64,000 nt of DNA from an uncultured Bacillota bacterium (GTDB lineage: Bacteria > Bacillota_I > Bacilli_A > RFN20 > CAG-826). The translations under genes were made by a program, and so were the position numbers. The stretch is taken from positions 67,404-131,403 of the forward strand of contig CASEFL010000003.1 in the NCBI GenBank assembly GCA_949287245.1, given 5' to 3'. Shown in pieces: positions 58,281-64,000 of this stretch. The stretch's first letter is position 1. Each line of letters begins with the position of its first letter. A model generated the notes under the pieces. It had not been told where the DNA came from. It saw nothing but the letters and a program-made list of their open reading frames with translations, and searched no databases.

Positions 58281-60107
58281 ATGAAAAAGATTCTTCTTAT
58301 TACTGCACTTAGTCTTACTCTTCCTCTTGGCTTAATTAGTTGCCAAGGGGAGGGGCAAGATTCTACATCGAACATTCCTTCATCAAGCGAAACGATTCAA
58401 GCGGATCGGATTACGATTTCTGATGATTGTCCTACAGAAATTGCCCTTGGTGTGCCTTTCTCTTTAAAAGACTACATTAAGACCACTCCCAATAATGCTT
58501 CGCTTTCCTATCGCCCAATTACCGAGAATATCACGGTAACTTCAGAAGGCATTGTGACTGCTGTTGCACCTGGCGATTTTGCCGTTATGGTGGAAAGTGG
58601 AGCGACAAGAAGGCGTTTTGAAGGAAAAGCAGTTTCTCAAAATCTTCTTGATGTGAAAGAAGTTTTAAAAAGCCTTACGAACAATTACCAAGCTGTCGGC
58701 GTTATTACGGATGCCTCCGATTATTCCAGCGGATACTTGGATATCAATGTTCATAACGATAACTATTTCTGGTCTTATGCCCAATATGGCGGAATATTAG
58801 GATTAGATGGATATAGTTATACCTATGAACTGGAAAGCACAATGGAGGAAGATGGCTCCATTACCATGGGTAAATTAACCGTAAACCCTGGCAGATATTC
58901 TCCTTTTGATGCTTTAATCTACGGCACTCCTCTTAGTGACTATAGCGATTACGTGGAAGATATTCTTGATCAAAATGGGGACATTACTGGCACGATTCGT
59001 ATGGATAGAGCTGCCATGGAAGACCTTCTTTATTATGTCTTTGGAGGCATGAGTCTTTCCTCTTTGGAAATGATTGGTGGCTGTTATCAAAGTGCAACAT
59101 ACACGGTTGAACTTTTCAAAGATGAAGAAGGGAATTTAAGCGGCATTGATTTTATTGGTTCGTCTCCTACTTTGGGTACAAGTTATCTTACTGTGGAATT
59201 AACAGCTATTAATGAAAAGGGATTAGTCGAACCAGTTGAAGATTTTATTAAGGCTGGCGTTCATCCTCAAAAACTAGAAAATCCAAAATTTAATGAACGT
59301 TTTGCGGAGATTCTTAATAAAAAAACCTATACAATCGAGGCAACTGCTTCTGTTGGTTCTTTTAGTAGTGAAGATACAAATTACGATAGAAATAATTGGA
59401 TTGAAACCGATGATTCTTACGTTTTAACCTCGATGGAGAATGATTGGGGATTCCATAATGGTTCTTATACCCGTTATGTGAATGAAACAACGGTTTACTC
59501 CATTAATAACGAAACAAAAGAAAAAAGTGTTCTTCTCCCCCATAATAACGTTACTTATCAAGCAACTGGCGATGAAGAAGGCTGGGATACTCCTTCAGAA
59601 GCCTTTACTGATCCTGAGCTGAACGTTTGGAGCGAAGGAGTTGGCATTACCGTTGACTTAGGTGTAAACATCGGTTCTGTTGTTACTTATGCCGGATTTA
59701 CCTTTGCGGATTTAACCACTGCTCTATTAGAAAAAGTTGACTATAACGATGTCAAAACTTTAGAAGACGGCACGATTCGCGCATCAGCAAACGCTTTAGG
59801 CGATGAGAAAGGGGCTTTTTTCCAAGTTGCCTTAAGTAACTTCCCCATGGAAGGGCCTTGGATTACGGCAATGATTTCCTGTCTTCAAGCCTCTGGTAAT
59901 CCAAATATTGGTTGGCAAAATTTAATTGATTTAATCATCGTTACTCTTAAACCAAACGGCGATATTACTCTTCAATTCTCCCTAAGCGGCCTTGCTTTAA
60001 ATGAAGAAGCTTCGGCTTTATTTGGTATGCTTTGGGAAATTTCGATTACGAATATTGGTGTTGACCAAGTACCAAGTAATCTTGAAGCGGAAATATTTGG
60101 TGAATAA
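58281..60107 (+). CDS. surface lipoprotein with N-terminal Ig-like (Big_2-type) domain, paralogue A
   Basis: Lipobox GLIS|C. GAGGAG SD sits inside the end of the protease gene (stop-start coupling). Ig-like segment ITISDD...VTAVAPGDFAVMVESG. Confidence 0.6.
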   Translation: MKKILLITALSLTLPLGLISCQGEGQDSTSNIPSSSETIQADRITISDDCPTEIALGVPFSLKDYIKTTPNNASLSYRPITENITVTSEGIVTAVAPGDFAVMVESGATRRRFEGKAVSQNLLDVKEVLKSLTNNYQAVGVITDASDYSSGYLDINVHNDNYFWSYAQYGGILGLDGYSYTYELESTMEEDGSITMGKLTVNPGRYSPFDALIYGTPLSDYSDYVEDILDQNGDITGTIRMDRAAMEDLLYYVFGGMSLSSLEMIGGCYQSATYTVELFKDEEGNLSGIDFIGSSPTLGTSYLTVELTAINEKGLVEPVEDFIKAGVHPQKLENPKFNERFAEILNKKTYTIEATASVGSFSSEDTNYDRNNWIETDDSYVLTSMENDWGFHNGSYTRYVNETTVYSINNETKEKSVLLPHNNVTYQATGDEEGWDTPSEAFTDPELNVWSEGVGITVDLGVNIGSVVTYAGFTFADLTTALLEKVDYNDVKTLEDGTIRASANALGDEKGAFFQVALSNFPMEGPWITAMISCLQASGNPNIGWQNLIDLIIVTLKPNGDITLQFSLSGLALNEEASALFGMLWEISITNIGVDQVPSNLEAEIFGE

Positions 60108-60130
60108 GAAACCGCTTTCACAAAAGAAAT

Positions 60131-60153
60131 AGCCCCGTTTTGGGGCTTTTTTC
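60131..60153 (+). terminator. intrinsic terminator
   Basis: AGCCCC-guuuu-GGGGCU followed by UUUUUUCUU. Confidence 0.7.
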
Positions 60154-60173
60154 TTAAATTTTAAAAATAATCA

Positions 60174-60201
60174 TTGAGATAAATAAGAAAGCGCATATAA
60201 A
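60174..60201 (+). promoter_or_regulatory. candidate sigma-A promoter of lipoprotein paralogue B
   Basis: TTGAGA, 16-nt spacer, TATAAA; lies 33 nt upstream of the ATG, which has an AAAGGAG SD. Confidence 0.4.
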
Positions 60202-60233
60202 GACAAGTGCTCATAGGAAAGGAGTTTTAATTT

Positions 60234-62246
60234 ATGAATAAAACGAAAGCATCGGTCTTCGTTCTCAGTGCTCTCGCCCTTTGTGGTCTCATTCTACCAA
60301 GTTGCGATGTTAATACTGCTTCTGATACGAATACCTCCTCAACAAGTGAACTTCCTGGCTTAGACGTTAACCAAGTCACCTCCGTTATGATTAAAGATGG
60401 TGTAAACCGTGACGTTGCCGTTGGCACAACAGTGGAAGTGCGCCCCAACATCAACGTTCGTCTTAGTGGTGCATCCGAGTCGATTAGCGGTGACGCTTAC
60501 TCTTATGCGATGACTTTGACGGCAAATACACCAAACGTTACTGTAGATAATGATAAAGGTACTTTTACTGTTACGGGTGCCGGTGATTACGCAGTAAGAA
60601 TTACCATTGGTACGGTAAACCGTGTTTGGCAAGGAACAGGCATTTCTCAAGCTGCTTTTGAAATCCGGGAATTAGCCTCTAAAGTAACAAATACTTATAC
60701 GGCTAAGTTCTATGCTCAACAAGGAGCTACCACGACCTTAAGTTTATTTAACCGTATTGTTCACGATGAAGATTATGTCCGTGTTGATCAAACAAGTGGT
60801 TCTTATGGCTATCTCCGTTCTGGATTAGGCCATTGCTATATGTATGAATATTTAAGCAACGGAACCATTGAGGTTGCCCCTGGAAGAATGATTGACCTCA
60901 GTTATTTGATTGTTGGCGCCGATATTAGCATTGCCAGTGACTCTATTGTCGATGTTATCGATGATGATGGGAATGTCTTATATCAAACCATGGACATGAC
61001 GACATTTAGTGATGTAGCTTATACAGCATCGGCTCAACCTTTTGATGCTACAGCCTTAGAAGAAAGCGGTCATTTAGAGGTTAGCACATATACCGATGAA
61101 AAAGGTGCTCTTGCCTTACGTATGGATTACATTTTCACAAATGAAACCGATCCTTATTTCCGTTTAGACATTGAAAATATTGGCGTTGAAAATCAAATTC
61201 CTGCCGTAGAAAACTATATTGCTTCGAAAGAAGAACCCACTCCTTTAAAACAAGAAAAGATTGAAAGCGTCTTAACGGATATCACCACAAACAAACTTTC
61301 TTATACCTTAGTAGCCTCCACTCAAGTTGGTTACTTTGATGATAATGGATCGTGGCACGATTATGCTGATCCAACTGCTGTTGATATCATCTCTCAATGG
61401 GGATTCACCACATCTTCCCAATCCATCACCTTCGTCAATGGCGATAATTACTATAGCCTTGATCAAAATGGCAATGTCACAGCTTATTTACCAGGAGAAG
61501 GGGCAGATACGAACATCTACTCTGTTGTTGGAAAAGTTACTTCTGCTGATGGAGAATTTGACATCAATGATGAAGAAGCTTATGGCACAGGCTTTACTCA
61601 AAGTGGCACCGCAACGGCTTCTGGCTTAACCAAAGCTGGTACTCCAGAAACAACCGTTGATGGAGGAGAAGCCACAAGCGATGGCATTTGGAGTAAGGGA
61701 ATTGCAGCAACCGTCAGTGGCGGTGGTCAAACCTTCACTTTACCTGCACCAATCACCATTACAGACTTAACTGGCGAGGCCTTTGGCAAAGTAGACCTTA
61801 ACTACAGTGAATCACAAATTTTAACGGATACTCTTGGTTTAACAGAATTAGGCACCTTTGATGTTGCGGCAATGACTCCTTATGGAGATGAGGAAGAAGG
61901 AAACTTCATTTATAACATCATCGCGAACATCCCAGGACATGGATACGCAGATGCCTATACCCTTTCTGGCATGACCGATTCCACTTACACCATGAAGTGG
62001 TATGACTTCTTAGGTGTTGCTCAAATTGGCTATTATGATTTCAACACCGAAGCAGAAGCCGCTGGAAATAGTGACATGCTTACGATGATGGTTTCTAGTA
62101 GTGGTTGGGGCAGCGCGGTTGTCGATGGTAGCGCCTACGCCATTGAATTAATGTGGAATATCACCGTCATGGATATTGGTAAAACCTCCTTACCAGAAGG
62201 ATTTATGGAGAAAGTAACCTTACCCGCAGCAAGCGAAAACGCTTAA
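60234..62246 (+). CDS. surface lipoprotein with N-terminal Ig-like domain, paralogue B
   Basis: Lipobox ILPS|C. Collinear similarity to paralogue A (for example QNLLDVKEVLKSLTNNYQA versus QAAFEIRELASKVTNTYTA). Confidence 0.6.
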   Translation: MNKTKASVFVLSALALCGLILPSCDVNTASDTNTSSTSELPGLDVNQVTSVMIKDGVNRDVAVGTTVEVRPNINVRLSGASESISGDAYSYAMTLTANTPNVTVDNDKGTFTVTGAGDYAVRITIGTVNRVWQGTGISQAAFEIRELASKVTNTYTAKFYAQQGATTTLSLFNRIVHDEDYVRVDQTSGSYGYLRSGLGHCYMYEYLSNGTIEVAPGRMIDLSYLIVGADISIASDSIVDVIDDDGNVLYQTMDMTTFSDVAYTASAQPFDATALEESGHLEVSTYTDEKGALALRMDYIFTNETDPYFRLDIENIGVENQIPAVENYIASKEEPTPLKQEKIESVLTDITTNKLSYTLVASTQVGYFDDNGSWHDYADPTAVDIISQWGFTTSSQSITFVNGDNYYSLDQNGNVTAYLPGEGADTNIYSVVGKVTSADGEFDINDEEAYGTGFTQSGTATASGLTKAGTPETTVDGGEATSDGIWSKGIAATVSGGGQTFTLPAPITITDLTGEAFGKVDLNYSESQILTDTLGLTELGTFDVAAMTPYGDEEEGNFIYNIIANIPGHGYADAYTLSGMTDSTYTMKWYDFLGVAQIGYYDFNTEAEAAGNSDMLTMMVSSSGWGSAVVDGSAYAIELMWNITVMDIGKTSLPEGFMEKVTLPAASENA

Positions 62247-62263
62247 TTCTTCAATCAAATATT

Positions 62264-62289
62264 GAGCCTTCAAAAGAAGGCTCTTTTTT
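62264..62289 (+). terminator. intrinsic terminator
   Basis: GAGCCUUC-aaaa-GAAGGCUC followed by UUUUUUAUUUUU. Confidence 0.7.
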
Positions 62290-62329
62290 ATTTTTAAAAA
62301 TTAAAAATCAATGCAAAAACGAAAGATTA

Positions 62330-62357
62330 AAAAAGAAATAGGGACTTCTATCCCTAT
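62330..62357 (-). terminator. intrinsic terminator of PIN-protein gene (hairpin includes stop codon)
   Basis: On the minus strand, AUAGGGA-uagaag-UCCCUAU followed by UUCUUUUUU. Confidence 0.6.
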
Positions 62358-63808
62358 TTCTCTTCAATCTTTTTGTTTTCTTGCTGTAATAAGTGAATTC
62401 CCATTTTTAGTTTACTACGTTCAGATGGTTTTAACTTCCTTAAACGAGCAATCTGTTCAAGAAGATCTTTCTTTTTCCTTTCTCCTGTTACCTTAGGATT
62501 ACTAAGATTTGCCATTAAAATAAATTCGAATCTTTTTGCTTCTTTTAACGCTTCACTTTCTTCCTTTTTAGGACGAGAAGTAGGCCTTATTTTTTTCTTT
62601 GGTGCTTCTTCTTTCTTTTTTAAACCATCTAAAGAGGCAAAATACGTCTGAACCTTTTTCACATGGAAAATGACATTATGAATGAGAAGTTCCTTTTCTA
62701 TTCCTGCAGGTAAAGTAAAGTTCTTAAGAGCATCCTTTAAATTCCCTTCCGTTAAGTCGTATGGCCCATGAATCATCGGAACATACGCAATTTCATCCGC
62801 GCGAAGAATGACATGATTCTCGCTTATTGCTTTACGAATGGCTTCTTCTAATGTTGATCCGCTATAAAAGGCAGCGTGAATCGAAGAAGAAATTTTATCT
62901 CCAACTCGGATTTCCTTTACTGGATTTTTCACAGGAATGAGAGTGCTCCTTTTCGCGTCAATAGGACGCGAAATCTTTGCAAAACTCCCCTCATTATTCC
63001 TTTTTTGTAAAGATAATGACGGTTTTACCTTTAATAAGCTTGTCTCCAAATTTTTCTTCCATTCCATTAATTTGCTAAAAGAATAATGAAGATTTAATAA
63101 AGAAGTTTCTTCTTTGGAGATACTTTGTAGTCTTTTTATTTGTGTGGAAACAAGAGAAAAAATCTTCTTTTCGTTTCCTTCTTTCCTCATTAAAAATAAT
63201 TCTTGGTCTTTTTTTAATATCAACGATAGTTCTTTTGATAAATTCGGCTTCTTACTTTTTCCTTGAGAAGAGGGATTATGTATTGTTTCCTTATTGCTTA
63301 AAGCATCTTTAATGGGGCTAATCTCTCCTCCTGACTTTAAGCTATAAACAGAAACTAGTTGACCATGTTGCGACTCCATTTGATTTAAGTGAAGTAAATC
63401 TCTTGCTAATTTTCGATCTTGAGTCACAACAAGAATTCTTTTTTCTAAACGATATTCGTTTACGTAGTTATAAATCGCGTTATCAGCAAAGGTGGCCTTA
63501 TTCTTTTTTTCGTGTTCTAAGAGTTTGCTGCCCCCTCTTGCGGCATCCGCTTTAAGAATTTTTAACGCGCGAATCGCCCCAATTCTAGTTACAGGGTTCG
63601 TATCTTCTTCTTTCTTTTCTAATTCATGAAGAACCGCGCTTAATAAAACGATATGAACGCTATTTTTCCAATAATCCTTTGAATTCCATAAAAGTTCCAT
63701 GAACTCTGGGAATTCTTCTTCCATTAAGGAACAAGTATCCAAGAAGACGTAATCAAATCCTGCTAGGATTAGACCAAACGCCGAGGATTTCTTTTCCTCT
63801 ATGTACAT
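62354..63808 (-). CDS. PIN-like domain protein with long lysine-rich C-terminal region
   Basis: The N-terminus (~150 aa) resembles a PIN/VapC fold (YVFLDTCSLM...; ILVVTQDRKLARDLL). There is no PhoH/AAA motif. The C-terminal ~330 aa are K/E/S-rich and low-complexity. Confidence 0.5.
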   Translation of the reverse strand: MYIEEKKSSAFGLILAGFDYVFLDTCSLMEEEFPEFMELLWNSKDYWKNSVHIVLLSAVLHELEKKEEDTNPVTRIGAIRALKILKADAARGGSKLLEHEKKNKATFADNAIYNYVNEYRLEKRILVVTQDRKLARDLLHLNQMESQHGQLVSVYSLKSGGEISPIKDALSNKETIHNPSSQGKSKKPNLSKELSLILKKDQELFLMRKEGNEKKIFSLVSTQIKRLQSISKEETSLLNLHYSFSKLMEWKKNLETSLLKVKPSLSLQKRNNEGSFAKISRPIDAKRSTLIPVKNPVKEIRVGDKISSSIHAAFYSGSTLEEAIRKAISENHVILRADEIAYVPMIHGPYDLTEGNLKDALKNFTLPAGIEKELLIHNVIFHVKKVQTYFASLDGLKKKEEAPKKKIRPTSRPKKEESEALKEAKRFEFILMANLSNPKVTGERKKKDLLEQIARLRKLKPSERSKLKMGIHLLQQENKKIEEK

Positions 63809-63860
63809 GTTTTCTTTTTCTTTCCTCCTTTCTTTCTTATTTTACTTCATTTTTTCTTCT

Positions 63861-63886
63861 ATAGAAAAGGAGGGGTTTCCCCCTCC
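63861..63886 (-). terminator. intrinsic terminator of upstream partial gene
   Basis: On the minus strand, GGAGGGGG-aaa-CCCCUCC followed by UUUUCUAU. Confidence 0.6.
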
Positions 63887-63908
63887 AAAAGATGAAGTCA
63901 AATTTTGT

Positions 63909-64000
63909 TTAGGCTTCAGGAACAACAAGAGTAATTCCCTCTCTTGTATAAGTGTAGGTTTCTCCACCATCAATGGTTACCGTCACTTCCCCATCAACCT
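63909..64000 (-). CDS. 3' end of a gene truncated by the window edge (C-terminus ...TIDGGETYTYTREGITLVVPEA*)
   Basis: Open frame running to the window edge with a TAA stop at 63909..63911; too little sequence to name. Confidence 0.4.
   Translation of the reverse strand, partial: VDGEVTVTIDGGETYTYTREGITLVVPEA

Noticed and set aside
62311-62496. 61-aa ORF on the plus strand after the lipoprotein terminator.
   Set aside because: It overlaps the 3' end and terminator of the PIN gene antisense, has no SD, and begins inside the terminator hairpin.
1-64000. Scanned for CRISPR repeats, IS inverted repeats, integrase/transposase genes, rRNA and other direct repeats.
   Set aside because: No regularly spaced direct repeats, no DDE or tyrosine recombinase motifs and no rRNA-like sequence were seen. 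Apart from the unexplained 600-bp tRNA-flanking tract, the window appears to be native chromosome rather than a mobile island.

Overview
The window is a 64 kb chromosomal segment from a low-GC Gram-positive bacterium (by eye roughly one-third GC) that uses the standard genetic code. Evidence for the lineage: TGA acts as a stop codon, the housekeeping gene order is Bacilli-like (comFA-comFC-secA-prfB; prfA-prmC-tsaC-rpiB; dnaX-ybaB-recR-tmk-holB-yaaT-rsmI), the Opp transporter is Mollicutes/Erysipelotrichia-type (OppA 897 aa, inserts in OppD/OppF, extended OppC), and many proteins are predicted lipoproteins. I find no rRNA, CRISPR array, IS element or integrase; the only stable RNA gene I can support is tRNA-Ala(CGC).

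Core genes are interleaved with accessory modules:
- A putrescine-synthesis cassette in which arginine decarboxylase (SpeA-type) is fused to agmatine deiminase, tightly coupled to N-carbamoylputrescine amidase.
- A large operon joining the Opp oligopeptide importer to a secreted M6-like zinc-metalloprotease lipoprotein and two membrane proteins.
- A second M6-like protease gene followed by two paralogous Ig-like surface lipoproteins.
- A Y-family DNA polymerase with a YolD-like partner.
- A stress cluster: an sHSP gene behind variant CIRCE-like operators, next to a flavodiiron protein gene.
- A ThyX-fold protein with a non-canonical motif, co-operonic with folD.

prfB carries the classical programmed +1 frameshift (CTT TGA C), which the six-frame ORF track cannot show. 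Several ORF-track N-termini are alternative-start read-throughs and I have trimmed them to SD-supported ATGs. All functional calls come from motif and family recognition by eye; no database searches were run.
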